Origin: Terriglobia bacterium
GTDB lineage: Bacteria; Acidobacteriota; Terriglobia; 20CM-2-55-15
DNA: 64,000 bases
Direction of reading: 5' to 3'
NCBI GenBank assembly: GCA_963664115.2
Contig: CAXWPJ010000002.1
Span: 96,001-160,000 of the forward strand
Numbering within the stretch: position 1 is the first letter of the stretch; each line of letters starts with the position of its first letter. This document shows positions 19,445 to 29,668 of the stretch, one piece after another. The notes below the pieces were generated by a model that saw only the letters and a list, made by a program, of their open reading frames with translations, did not search any database and was not told the origin of the DNA. The translations under genes and the position numbers were made by a program.

Positions 19445-20194
19445 TTGCGTCGAACAATGTCAATAATACGCAACATGCCACCGCGTTTTCGAGGATTTCC
19501 CGAGGAAGGACTGCGTTTCCTCGTCGGTCTCAAAAAGAACAATAAGAGGGAGTGGTTCCAGAAAAGGAAAGATGTCTATCTCGCAAATGTGAAAGATCCA
19601 ATGGCCTCCTTTATCATGGCTGTGTCCACGGATCTGGAAAAATTTGCTCCGGAAATGATCGGTAGCCCTAAAATATCCGCGTTCCGTATCTATCGGGACA
19701 CCCGGTTTTCTCCGAACAAAGCGCCTTATAAAACCCATGTAGCCGCCGTCTTTCCGCGACGCGGATTGGAAAAGCATGTGGGCGCCGGACTCTATGTACA
19801 TATCGCACCGGATGAAGTGTTCGTCGGTGGTGGCCTGTTTAGACCGGTCTCCGCCGATCTTCTGGCACTTCGCGAATATCTCGCAGCCCATCATGCGTCG
19901 TTTCGCTCTACCGTCGAATCTCAAAAGTTTCGTAAGTTTTTTGGATCACTCTCGGGAGAACAACTGACGCGGGTCCCCCGTGGTTTCGCTAAGGACCATC
20001 CGGCGGCCGATCTCTTGCGTTATAAACAGTTCCTTGCATCGCGCCAGCTCGAACCTGAACTGGTCACGACCCCCGCCTTTTATCCGGAAGTCATCCGGAC
20101 TTTCAAGACGCTCCTGCCGATGATTCGTTTTTTAAATGATCCGATCACAGGACGACGTCGGTACGCCGACTTGAGCCCAGCCAAAGGCCGCTGA
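19445..20194 (+). CDS. DUF2461 (TIGR02453) protein
   Basis: NNKREWF and FRIYRDTRFSPNKAPYKTH motifs. Confidence 0.9.
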   Translation: MRRTMSIIRNMPPRFRGFPEEGLRFLVGLKKNNKREWFQKRKDVYLANVKDPMASFIMAVSTDLEKFAPEMIGSPKISAFRIYRDTRFSPNKAPYKTHVAAVFPRRGLEKHVGAGLYVHIAPDEVFVGGGLFRPVSADLLALREYLAAHHASFRSTVESQKFRKFFGSLSGEQLTRVPRGFAKDHPAADLLRYKQFLASRQLEPELVTTPAFYPEVIRTFKTLLPMIRFLNDPITGRRRYADLSPAKGR

Positions 20195-20279
20195 AGTGCG
20201 CGGACATGAAGTGAGCCCTTGCCCAAAAAAAGAATTCTGGAACTTTAAACGTCCTTGCCGTCAACTGTTCTAAGAGAGC

Positions 20280-22262
20280 ATGCAGGGAAATATATTTATG
20301 AAGCGGACACCGCATCGCGTGACCCGGAGCTGGGCGCGCCGAGTATCTGTTGTAGCGACGCTCGCCCTGATCTGGCTGACATCGAAAACCTTCGGCCAAT
20401 CACCTGCGACGGATCTCTTAGACCCGCAACCGACGACTTCCGTCTTCGACCTAGGTCATTTCGAGCATCCAGACGCATTCTTCGTTGAACCGGCCCTGGC
20501 CAACCTGGAATTGTCCGCATTAACGGAAGCGGTCGCACAGTACATCAACCCGGTGATCATACGGAGCGCGCCCCTCTTACCTGCGCCCAGAAACAACTTC
20601 ATCGATGAACATGTATTCGCGCGCATCGAAGCCGCAGGCATTGAACCGGCGCCATTCAGTTCGGATACCGAATTTCTCCGTCGCGTCACACTCGACCTCA
20701 CAGGAAGGATCCCGTCTCCTGATGAAGTTACCGACTTCATCGACGATTCCACTTCCAGCAAGCGCGATGTTCTGATCGACAGCCTTATTGCATCTTCAGC
20801 ATTCATCGACAAGTGGACGATGTTTTTTGGCGACCTGTTCAAGTTAAACGGACGGGCCTCGAACGTGAACCGGTTCACCCAGGGCCGGGATGCTTTTTAT
20901 CTCTATTTGAAAGAATCGATCGCTGGGAACAAACCCTACGACACGATGGTAAAGGAGATGATCACGGCAACGGGGGACAACCATGCCGTCGGCGCGGCGA
21001 ATTTCCCGGTTGGCGGCATTATTCCCATGGGACCCGCCCAGGACACTTACGATGGACAGGCCGCACAGGTCGCAGCTATGTTTCTCGGAATCCAGGTTGT
21101 CGACTGTTTGCTCTGTCATGACGGTGCCGGCCATCTGGAAGACGTCAGCCTTTGGGGATACCGTCAAACGCGTCACGACATGTGGGGCCTGTCGGCCTTT
21201 TTTGCCCAAACACGGATCCGACGCGAACGCATCAGTGATCAGCCGCGACTGATTCGCTTCGACGTTTCAGATAATTCAGGCCAACGTTTCCGCTACAGTC
21301 TCAACACCACCGAAGGAAATCGCAGCGCAAGATTACCTGTGAATGGCATCAGTGTCGTTGCCCCGAAGTATCCGTTCACGCTTCCATCCACCGACATCGG
21401 ACAGGTTGAAGAGGGCGAAGTCCGGCGTGTGGCTCTGGCCGAGTACGTCACCGACGACATCCAGTTTGCGCGCGCGATCGTAAACTACGTCTGGGAAGAA
21501 CTCATGGTCGAAGCGTTCGTGACCCCATCCAACGCTTTCGATTTGGACCGCCTGGATCCCGACAATCCGCCGCCGGCCCCCTGGACGATTCAACCCACGA
21601 ATCCAGAATTGCTTGAAGCGATGGCGGTATGGATACAACAGAACAATTTCGATCTGCGAGGGTTGATCGCACTGATTACGAAATCCAGGACATACCAGTT
21701 GTCCGGGGCGTATCCCACCGAATGGTTTCCCGAGTACGTGCCGTATTACGCCCGGAAGTTTGCACGCCGGCTGGATGCCGAAGAAATCCATGATGCCGTG
21801 ATAACGGCGACTGGAATTGGCGCCAACTACACCATACGGTCACGAACCGGGACCGTCCTGGGCCCCGTTCAGTGGGCCATGCAGTTGCCCGACACCATCG
21901 AACCTCGTTCCAATCGAAGGATCGCCCTGTTTCTGGATTCACTTGGACGCGGTGACAGAGACCAGACCGTACGATCCTCCGACAGCTCCGCGCTCCAGGC
22001 GCTCAACCTGATGAATCACCGCTTTGTCATGGACCGAATCGACGCGGATATCGGGTCGGGAACGCTCGCACGAATATTGGCTGAGACCAGCGACCCCACG
22101 GAAATCATCCGGCAAACGTACCTGGCAACGCTCTCCCGGTTTCCGTCCGACGACGAAATCGCACTCCTGCAGCCCATGATGGTGCAGTTGGGCGCCGCCG
22201 CCGGTGCGGAATCGTTGCAGTGGATTCTGATGAACAAACTGGATTTTGTTTTTAACTACTAG
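20280..22262 (+). CDS. DUF1549/DUF1553 domain protein
   Basis: NFIDEHV, FLRRVTLDLTGRIP, CLLCHD, PTNPELL, RRLDAEEIHD and QALNLMN motifs. Confidence 0.9.
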   Translation: MQGNIFMKRTPHRVTRSWARRVSVVATLALIWLTSKTFGQSPATDLLDPQPTTSVFDLGHFEHPDAFFVEPALANLELSALTEAVAQYINPVIIRSAPLLPAPRNNFIDEHVFARIEAAGIEPAPFSSDTEFLRRVTLDLTGRIPSPDEVTDFIDDSTSSKRDVLIDSLIASSAFIDKWTMFFGDLFKLNGRASNVNRFTQGRDAFYLYLKESIAGNKPYDTMVKEMITATGDNHAVGAANFPVGGIIPMGPAQDTYDGQAAQVAAMFLGIQVVDCLLCHDGAGHLEDVSLWGYRQTRHDMWGLSAFFAQTRIRRERISDQPRLIRFDVSDNSGQRFRYSLNTTEGNRSARLPVNGISVVAPKYPFTLPSTDIGQVEEGEVRRVALAEYVTDDIQFARAIVNYVWEELMVEAFVTPSNAFDLDRLDPDNPPPAPWTIQPTNPELLEAMAVWIQQNNFDLRGLIALITKSRTYQLSGAYPTEWFPEYVPYYARKFARRLDAEEIHDAVITATGIGANYTIRSRTGTVLGPVQWAMQLPDTIEPRSNRRIALFLDSLGRGDRDQTVRSSDSSALQALNLMNHRFVMDRIDADIGSGTLARILAETSDPTEIIRQTYLATLSRFPSDDEIALLQPMMVQLGAAAGAESLQWILMNKLDFVFNY

Positions 22263-22272
22263 CGGCACGGAT

Positions 22273-23616
22273 ATGACAATGCGTATCGATAGACGAACCC
22301 TTCTCAAGTCCGCACTTGCCGGAGTGACCGGCTACTTCGCGGCACCGCTGGAAACCTTGGCGGGCGCGACGGTCACGTCACAAGGTCTCCCAACGCTCTC
22401 TACGGCCCGGAACGTCATATTTCTCCTGATGCGGGGTGCGCCCAGTCAGGTCGACACCTTTGATTTGAAGGTGGGATCCTGGACACCCGAGGATTTCAGT
22501 CCGACCACGGTCGGCGCGATGGACTTCCCTGAAGGCCTGTTACCCAACCTGACGCAGCAACTGGACAAGATCTCCGTCGTGCGCAGCATGCAATCAACGG
22601 CATTGGTTCATCCACTCCTACAGCAATGGACACAGATCGCGAGAAGCCCAACCAGTGCGACGGGTACGATCGCGCCGAACATCGGCTCGATTGTCGCTCT
22701 GGAAACTGAATCCGGCCGCCGTAGCGACCAACCGCTACCGGGCTTCGTTTCGCTCAATACGGGTGGACGGATTGCGAAGCAGGGCTATTTCGGAGGCATC
22801 TACGCACCTTTTGATGCCGTAGCCGACGCGGACGGCCTTGAAGGCCTCAGTAACCCGGTAGGCGAGGGTCTGTTCAGCGCCCGCTACGATATGCTCCAAC
22901 TGCTGGATGCCCGAAATCGCCAACCGTCCCGATACGGAGACGCCCTGGAAGAAATGCATGACTTCTACAGCAGCGCGCGCCGCATGATGTATGAACCCGA
23001 AGTCCAGGCAGCGTTTGAATTCACGGCTTCAGATTCCGAACGCTACGGCGATACCGACGTCGGGAACTCGTGCATAGTCGCCCGGAATATCCTCGCCGGT
23101 GATTTGGGAACGCACTACATCCAGATCAACTCCAGCGGATGGGATCACCACCAGGACATCTACCTTGACGGCGCCGGGATATACGAGAGGTGCGCGGAAC
23201 TGGATCCGGCCCTTTCGAACTTGCTGTCCGACCTGGCAAGCATGCCGGGCACCGCCGGACAGACGCTGCTCGACGAAACCCTGATTATCGCTAAGGGAGA
23301 GTTCGGGCGTACGGTGGGCGACCTGACCAGCCAAAGCGGACGCGATCACTACTTCGTCCATTTCACGATGTTTGCGGGTGGCGGAACGGTCGGTGGTCGG
23401 GTCATCGGAAAAACGACGCCTGACGGGCGTTTCGTGGAAGATCCGGGATGGTCAGGCAACCGTCCGGCAACGGCTGAAGACGTCGCGGCGACTATCTATT
23501 CCGCCCTGGGGATTGACCATACAACGGTTCTTAACGACGACCCCCTCGGACGGGGATTCCGCTACACGCCGGACACACCCTGGGAGTCCACTCCGATTGT
23601 GGAATTATTCGAGTAG
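22273..23616 (+). CDS. DUF1501 domain protein (Tat signal)
   Basis: DRRTLLK, GAPSQVDTFD, GWDHH, GEFGRT and GRDH motifs. Confidence 0.9.
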   Translation: MTMRIDRRTLLKSALAGVTGYFAAPLETLAGATVTSQGLPTLSTARNVIFLLMRGAPSQVDTFDLKVGSWTPEDFSPTTVGAMDFPEGLLPNLTQQLDKISVVRSMQSTALVHPLLQQWTQIARSPTSATGTIAPNIGSIVALETESGRRSDQPLPGFVSLNTGGRIAKQGYFGGIYAPFDAVADADGLEGLSNPVGEGLFSARYDMLQLLDARNRQPSRYGDALEEMHDFYSSARRMMYEPEVQAAFEFTASDSERYGDTDVGNSCIVARNILAGDLGTHYIQINSSGWDHHQDIYLDGAGIYERCAELDPALSNLLSDLASMPGTAGQTLLDETLIIAKGEFGRTVGDLTSQSGRDHYFVHFTMFAGGGTVGGRVIGKTTPDGRFVEDPGWSGNRPATAEDVAATIYSALGIDHTTVLNDDPLGRGFRYTPDTPWESTPIVELFE

Positions 23617-23898
23617 AATCTCCTCTGTGTCATCCGGAAACTCATCGAACACGTAGATGCCGCTCGCTCGCTGAAGAGTACAGAGCGGGCAATTTTCATC
23701 AAAATATTCTCTGGGATCGAAAGCCTCCGTGCGGGACTGAACTGCCGCGTCGTCGGGCTGGTCCAGATGAATGAGAACAAAACCGTCCTTGCGCGAAACA
23801 ATCGCATGGGCGCCGTATCGGGCGCGAAGCTCCTCGTCTGAAAACATAGTGGGTATAGAAAAGAACGCTTCCCTCGATGAGTCAGCAAGTGTCTCCAC
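23605..23898 (-). CDS. Hypothetical acidic protein with CPLC
   Basis: ORF fills the gap between annotated genes. Confidence 0.55.
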   Translation of the reverse strand: METLADSSREAFFSIPTMFSDEELRARYGAHAIVSRKDGFVLIHLDQPDDAAVQSRTEAFDPREYFDENCPLCTLQRASGIYVFDEFPDDTEEILLE

Positions 23899-23957
23899 GA
23901 GATAGCGCTCGAATAGGAAAGGTCGAGTTTTATTGTACAGCAGACAGCGCGGCTTGA

Positions 23958-24314
23958 TTAACTGCGTCCGTAATCGTCATCCAGGCGGACAATATCGTCC
24001 TCCCCGAGGTAGGCACCACGTTGCACCTCGATAAAAACCAATTTGTCGCTGCCAGCGTTTGCCACCCGATGTGCGGCGCCCGAGGGAACATCCACGCTCT
24101 CTCCGACGGTCAAGGGGAAGTCGCGTCCATCCAGTGTGACGAGAGCCTGGCCGCTCACGATGGTCCAATGTTCGGATCGGGATGCATGACGTTGATAACT
24201 GAGCCGGCCTTTTGGAAGAACGACGATGCGTTTGACTTTGTACCCCGCGTCCTCATCGATGACGGTAAACGTGCCCCACGGACGCGTGTCGGTTTTTCTA
24301 TGGTCTGAGGTCAT
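23958..24314 (-). CDS. Cupin, mannose-6-phosphate isomerase type II C-terminal domain
   Basis: RPWG, RLSYQRH..RSEHW and EVQRGAYLGEDDIVR motifs. Confidence 0.9.
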   Translation of the reverse strand: MTSDHRKTDTRPWGTFTVIDEDAGYKVKRIVVLPKGRLSYQRHASRSEHWTIVSGQALVTLDGRDFPLTVGESVDVPSGAAHRVANAGSDKLVFIEVQRGAYLGEDDIVRLDDDYGRS

Positions 24315-24467
24315 CAGATTTTCACCTAGGAATCAGTCTGGTCCTGCAATTGCAGTAATTAGACTAACGAACCGGAATTGAAACTTGACTACAAAACGCC
24401 ATGGCGTACTCTATCTGAGACGGAGAATTTCCTCTTCATCTGAGACCTCTCTTGAGAAAGGATTCTC

Positions 24468-26738
24468 ATGCTTGTTCGCTTCTGGGGAACCCGAGGTTCC
24501 ATACCGACTCCGGGGCCAGGGACTGCCCGTTACGGTGGCAATACATCCTGCGTTGAGCTTCAAACCGACGACGGTAATCTGTTCGTCTTGGATTGCGGGA
24601 CCGGCATCCGCGAACTGGGACTTTCTCTTCTCGGCAGGTCGGCCACTCCCCCGAGAATCCACATCCTGATCAGCCTTACGCACTGGGATCACATACAAGG
24701 ATTTCCCTTCTTCACGCCTGTCTTTCTTCCGGGGACCGAAATCAACATTTATGCGCCTCTGGGTTTCCAGCGGAGCCTCGAAGATGCCTTGTCGGGACAA
24801 ATGCAGTATTCCTACTTCCCGGTAAAGCTGGATGATCTATCGAGCCGCATCCATTACACCGAACTGGACGAAGGGTTTTTTCGAATCGGGAACTCCCTCG
24901 TAGAAACGCAGTATCTGAACCATACAGCGCCAACGATCGGCTATCGTATCACCGAAGGCTCGACCAGCGTGGCCTACGTCACCGATCACGAGCCCTTCTG
25001 GCAATCGTCGGGACCTGTGTTCCAGCATCCGGGAGATCAACTCCACGTGGAGTTCATTCGCAACGCCGATCTTCTCATCCATGACGCCCAATATTCGGAA
25101 GAAGAATACAAGGGCAAGGTGGGTTGGGGCCACAGCCCGATCGGGTACGTCCGGGATGTCGCTCTGGCAGCCGACGCCCGGCGCCTCGCCCTGTTTCATC
25201 ACGATCCCACGCACGACGACGCCTGGATTGAAGAAACAGAACAGGAACTCCGCAAGTCGATGGCCGGTCATTCTCCTGCGATCGGCGTTTTCGCCGCAGC
25301 CGAAGGAATGGAACTTCAGATCCAGGGCGACCGCCTGCATTCCGAGATCACCCGCGAATCGGCTCTGGAACACCGCTCGACCCTGGGCCAGCGCGTGTTG
25401 TTCGTCAGCGCTGAGCCGAACGACTTCACCTTGATGGAACGCACGCTTGTGGAAGACGGCCTGATTCTAATGCCGGCCTCCGACGCGGCAGGCGCGTTGA
25501 AACGCTGCGAAGAGTTCGCGCCTGGAGTCGCAATTGTCGATGGCAAGGCACTAGAGAACCATCCACAGTTCGTACAAACGTTGCGCCAGAAAACGGGTAA
25601 CCCCGATTTGCCCGTTATTGTTCTGACCCAGGGACACGATCTCGGCAGTACGAAGTTGGGCTTCGCCGATGCAACCGACTACCTGGAACGCCCGTTCAGC
25701 CCACCGATGTTGCGGTCGCGGGTTCGAGCCTGGATTTCCCGGACCGTTCTGGAGAAACGAGCAACGCCATCGGGTTCCGGAACCAGTCGAGACCAATCAT
25801 CCGCCGCTACAGCGTCGATAAAGTCAGATGAAAACTATACGGACGTTCTCAAAAAGACAGCACTGTTCCAGCACTTGGACACTGCCCAACTCGAAGACCT
25901 CATATCGAACGCCAGCGAACAGGTCTTTCCTGCCGACTATCCGATTCTTAGCGAGGGCGATGCGGGAACGAGCGTGTTCATCATTGTTTCCGGACGCGTC
26001 CGGATCGTCGAGTCTGTGCCGGACGGCCCAGCCGACATGTTTCTTGGCGAACTCGGCGCGGGCGAGATCTTCGGAGAGATCGGGTTTCTCCGGGATTCAC
26101 CCCGGTCCGCGACCGTTCGAACGCTGGAACAGACACGGTGTCTGGTCCTGCCTCAGGCAGACTTCCTGATCACCTTGGAATCCTCTCCCGCATTGTGCAT
26201 TGCCCTGCTGCGGGTACTGGCCGGCCGCCTGGCTGAGGCCGATCGGCTCCTGGCGCGCTACGCCCCAGACCCTTTAACCGGGCTCCCCGGTCGGCGAGCG
26301 TTTCACGATCTCTATCACAGACTGGCAGCAGGAGCTCGCCGGAGGGGTAACAGCGCCATCCTGATACTCATCGACATCGACAACCTGCGCGGCATCAATG
26401 CCGATTTCGGCTATACAGTGGGTGACGATGTTTTGAAAGCGACCGCCGACGCCTTGCGGCAGTCCTCTCGCACGACCGACCTGATTGCACGTTACGGAAG
26501 CGACGAGTTTGCCGTATTGCTGACAGATACCGACCCGAGGGTTTGTGATCAGATTACGGCAAGAGTCAACGAGCACGTCGCCACACTCGCAAAAGAACAG
26601 ATACTTCCTCCAGGAGTCCACTACGATTTCGGCATCGCGATCAGCGAAGAAGCGCCCGAAACAGTCGACGGCTTACTGCGCAAGGCCGACGAAGAAATCC
26701 AGAAGAAGAAAGCGCGAAAGACTAAGGTCACCTCTTAA
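24468..26738 (+). CDS. MBL hydrolase-REC-cNMP-GGDEF fusion
   Basis: FWGTRGS and THWDH; REC-like middle; FGE..PRSAT cNMP pocket; DPLTGL and ARYGSDEF. Confidence 0.88.
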   Translation: MLVRFWGTRGSIPTPGPGTARYGGNTSCVELQTDDGNLFVLDCGTGIRELGLSLLGRSATPPRIHILISLTHWDHIQGFPFFTPVFLPGTEINIYAPLGFQRSLEDALSGQMQYSYFPVKLDDLSSRIHYTELDEGFFRIGNSLVETQYLNHTAPTIGYRITEGSTSVAYVTDHEPFWQSSGPVFQHPGDQLHVEFIRNADLLIHDAQYSEEEYKGKVGWGHSPIGYVRDVALAADARRLALFHHDPTHDDAWIEETEQELRKSMAGHSPAIGVFAAAEGMELQIQGDRLHSEITRESALEHRSTLGQRVLFVSAEPNDFTLMERTLVEDGLILMPASDAAGALKRCEEFAPGVAIVDGKALENHPQFVQTLRQKTGNPDLPVIVLTQGHDLGSTKLGFADATDYLERPFSPPMLRSRVRAWISRTVLEKRATPSGSGTSRDQSSAATASIKSDENYTDVLKKTALFQHLDTAQLEDLISNASEQVFPADYPILSEGDAGTSVFIIVSGRVRIVESVPDGPADMFLGELGAGEIFGEIGFLRDSPRSATVRTLEQTRCLVLPQADFLITLESSPALCIALLRVLAGRLAEADRLLARYAPDPLTGLPGRRAFHDLYHRLAAGARRRGNSAILILIDIDNLRGINADFGYTVGDDVLKATADALRQSSRTTDLIARYGSDEFAVLLTDTDPRVCDQITARVNEHVATLAKEQILPPGVHYDFGIAISEEAPETVDGLLRKADEEIQKKKARKTKVTS

Positions 26739-26862
26739 CCACCGCAAGGTCCAAGACAAACTCCACAGGATCGTAGATAAGCTCGGCCGGACAAATACAC
26801 TGACGCCTTCGCCCGCAATTTCGTCTATTCTAGCGAGATTCCATTAAGCCCCAGGAGGCAGC

Positions 26863-28803
26863 GTGTCCGACCAGAATCCGGAGCATCAACCCCACACCCC
26901 GTCTTCGGAGCATCAGCCATATATCAAATCGTCGACGTCGCTCCCCGAAATCACGGTGAAGTCGCTCATTCTGAGTGTGGGTCTCGCAATCGTTCTGGGT
27001 GCGGCCAATGCCTATCTTGGATTGTTTGCGGGGATTACCGTGTCGGCATCCATTCCCGCCGCAGTAATTTCGATGGCGGTGTTACGCTGCTTTAAAAACT
27101 CCAACATCCTTGAGAACAACATCGTCCAGACCGCCGCATCCGCCGGAGAAAGCGTGTCGGCCGGAGTTATCTTTACGATTCCCGCTCTCGTGATCCTGGG
27201 CACATGGACGCGTTTCAACTATTGGGAAACAGCCATGATCGCCGGCTTCGGAGGGTTTCTGGGCGTGTTGTTTACGATCCCGCTGCGCAGGTCGCTCATC
27301 ATTGAAACGCCCCTCCGTTTTCCTGAGGGCGTCGCAACCGCAGAGGTATTGAAAGTCGGGGAAGGCGGGGGCACCGGCATTCGACACATCGCAGCCGCAG
27401 GAGCCATCGGTGCGGTCTTCAAACTGGGTGAGGCCGGCCTTCGACTCTGGGGTGGTGTCGTCGAACAGGCGACCTACGCCGGCGGCACGATTCTTTATTT
27501 CGGAAGCAATTTATCGCCCGCACTCATCGGCGTTGGATACATCGTAGGGTTGAACATTGCCGCTCTCGTCTTTATCGGAGGCGCACTCAACTGGTTCATC
27601 GCTATTCCCATACTCGCATCGATCAACGGAATTTCTCCCGATCAATCCGCCGTGAGCGCAGCGGGTGTGCTCTGGTCAACCCAAACACGCTATCTAGGCG
27701 TAGGTGCCATGGTGGTGGGTGGCCTGTGGGCACTGGTGCGCCTTCGGACGAGCTTGATCCAAGGCATCCGTTCCGGTGCGGTCGCCTACCGCAAAGCTCG
27801 CGATGGAGGGATGTCACGAATCGCGCGCACCGAGCAGGACATTCCCATGCAGTGGGTTGGCATCGCTCTGGCGCTGTCGGTGATTCCTCTTTATTTCATC
27901 TTCAACCACATCACCGGCCAGCCCGGACTCTCCGCATTCATGGCCGTGATCATGCTGGTGGCGGGATTTCTGTTTTCGGCGGTGGCGGCCTATATGGCCG
28001 GTCTCGTCGGATCGTCGAACAACCCGATTTCCGGCGTGACCATTGCCACGATTTTGAGCTCCGCGATTCTGCTCCTAGTATTTCTTGGTGCGGATAACCC
28101 CATCGGACCGGCGTCGGCTATCTTGATCGGTTCGGTGGTGTGTTGCGCTGCGGCAATGGCGGGCGACAATCTTCAGGATCTCAAGGCAGGACATCTCCTG
28201 GGAGCAACGCCGTACAAGCAACAAATTGTTCAAGGCGTCGGTGTCATCTCGGCGGCGGCGGTCATCGCCCCAACACTGAACCTCTTGCTCGATGCCTATG
28301 GCATAGGCATCTCAACCCCGTTACATCCCGAACCACTGGCGGCCCCACAGGCAACGCTGATGGCCTCAGTCGCTCAGGGTGTATTTCAAGGCGGACTTCC
28401 CGTCGGAATGGTCGCGATCGGCATGGCGATCGCAGTTGCAGTGATTGCGCTCGACCTCTACCTGGAACGGAAACAATCGAACTTCAGGACACCCGTACTT
28501 GCGCTGGCGGTCGGCATCTACCTTCCTCTGGAACTTTCCGTACCCATTTTCATCGGCGGCCTGATCGCACACTGGGCCAGACGGGGACGCGAGGGCACCG
28601 AAGATCGGGGTGTCTTGTTTTCGGCTGGCTTGATCACCGGTGAGGCCTTGGTCGGCATCGCGATTGCGATTCCCATCGTCCTGTTCGGCCGCCCGGATGT
28701 TCTGGCCTTCTGGGGAGTTCATGAGGGGAATGTCCCCGGTGTCCTACTGTTGAGCGTGGTGGGCTATCTACTCTACCGCGCAGGCATCTGGTCAGATGAA
28801 TAG
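26863..28803 (+). CDS. OPT family oligopeptide transporter
   Basis: ENNIVQTAASAGES, SNNPISG and QDLKAG motifs; many TM helices. Confidence 0.92.
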   Translation: MSDQNPEHQPHTPSSEHQPYIKSSTSLPEITVKSLILSVGLAIVLGAANAYLGLFAGITVSASIPAAVISMAVLRCFKNSNILENNIVQTAASAGESVSAGVIFTIPALVILGTWTRFNYWETAMIAGFGGFLGVLFTIPLRRSLIIETPLRFPEGVATAEVLKVGEGGGTGIRHIAAAGAIGAVFKLGEAGLRLWGGVVEQATYAGGTILYFGSNLSPALIGVGYIVGLNIAALVFIGGALNWFIAIPILASINGISPDQSAVSAAGVLWSTQTRYLGVGAMVVGGLWALVRLRTSLIQGIRSGAVAYRKARDGGMSRIARTEQDIPMQWVGIALALSVIPLYFIFNHITGQPGLSAFMAVIMLVAGFLFSAVAAYMAGLVGSSNNPISGVTIATILSSAILLLVFLGADNPIGPASAILIGSVVCCAAAMAGDNLQDLKAGHLLGATPYKQQIVQGVGVISAAAVIAPTLNLLLDAYGIGISTPLHPEPLAAPQATLMASVAQGVFQGGLPVGMVAIGMAIAVAVIALDLYLERKQSNFRTPVLALAVGIYLPLELSVPIFIGGLIAHWARRGREGTEDRGVLFSAGLITGEALVGIAIAIPIVLFGRPDVLAFWGVHEGNVPGVLLLSVVGYLLYRAGIWSDE

Positions 28804-28813
28804 GACGGACGCT

Positions 28814-29668
28814 TCACCTGAGGACGGCCTCCAGGGAAGTTGACGCGTCCGTTTTTTCGTCGCGATATTTAACGATTACGGGCGCATACACGCCAACACC
28901 GTTCTTCCTGGCAAACTCACCCTTGGCCGGGCGCGACCCGGGCACCAGAACGGCTCCCGGCGGAATCGTCAGCGGGGTGTCATCAGAACGCTGGTAGATC
29001 GCGTCCCGAACCGTGTCGTAGACCCGTACACCCCCGGTCAGCAGAACTCCCGGCGCCAGAACGGCCCGCTCACCAACAATGACGCCCTCATACACGCCAC
29101 AGTTGCCACCCACGAACGCATCGTCTTCGACGATCACCGGAAGCGCTCCGGGAGGTTCCAAAACACCTCCGATCTGAGCCGCAGCCGAGAGATGGACCCG
29201 CTTTCCGACCTGTGCGCATGAACCCACCAGTGCATGAGAATCCACCATGGAACCATCGTCAACCCAGGCGCCGATGTTGATGAACATGGGCGGCATGCAG
29301 ATCACGTTCTGTCCGATGTAGGCGCCATCACGAATGCTGGAACCACCCGGCACGACCCGGGGGTCAAAGTCCGTCTCGCGTCGAAGCGGCAAGGTGTCCT
29401 TGTCCAGGAAGCGGAACTCCCCGGAAAGATCCCTCCGGGTGTTTATGCCTACTCGAAAAGCCAGAAGGATTCCCCGCTTCACCCAGGCATGGGTCTGCCA
29501 CACGCCATCCACCTTTTCTGCAGCACGGTAACGTCCCTGGTTGAGTCCCTCTCTGAATTCGGCAACGAGAGCCAAGCCTTCAGTACGTGCCTGCTCGACC
29601 GGCAGGGCCATCAATCGATCGATTTCGCTTCCGATGTCAGGCATTCGCGCCCTTCTCGCCATTCGCAC
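28814..29668 (-). CDS. dapD: Tetrahydrodipicolinate N-succinyltransferase
   Basis: WVKRGILL, RVVPGG and GSCAQVGKRVHLS..IGGVLEP motifs. Confidence 0.93.
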   Translation of the reverse strand: MRMARRARMPDIGSEIDRLMALPVEQARTEGLALVAEFREGLNQGRYRAAEKVDGVWQTHAWVKRGILLAFRVGINTRRDLSGEFRFLDKDTLPLRRETDFDPRVVPGGSSIRDGAYIGQNVICMPPMFINIGAWVDDGSMVDSHALVGSCAQVGKRVHLSAAAQIGGVLEPPGALPVIVEDDAFVGGNCGVYEGVIVGERAVLAPGVLLTGGVRVYDTVRDAIYQRSDDTPLTIPPGAVLVPGSRPAKGEFARKNGVGVYAPVIVKYRDEKTDASTSLEAVLR

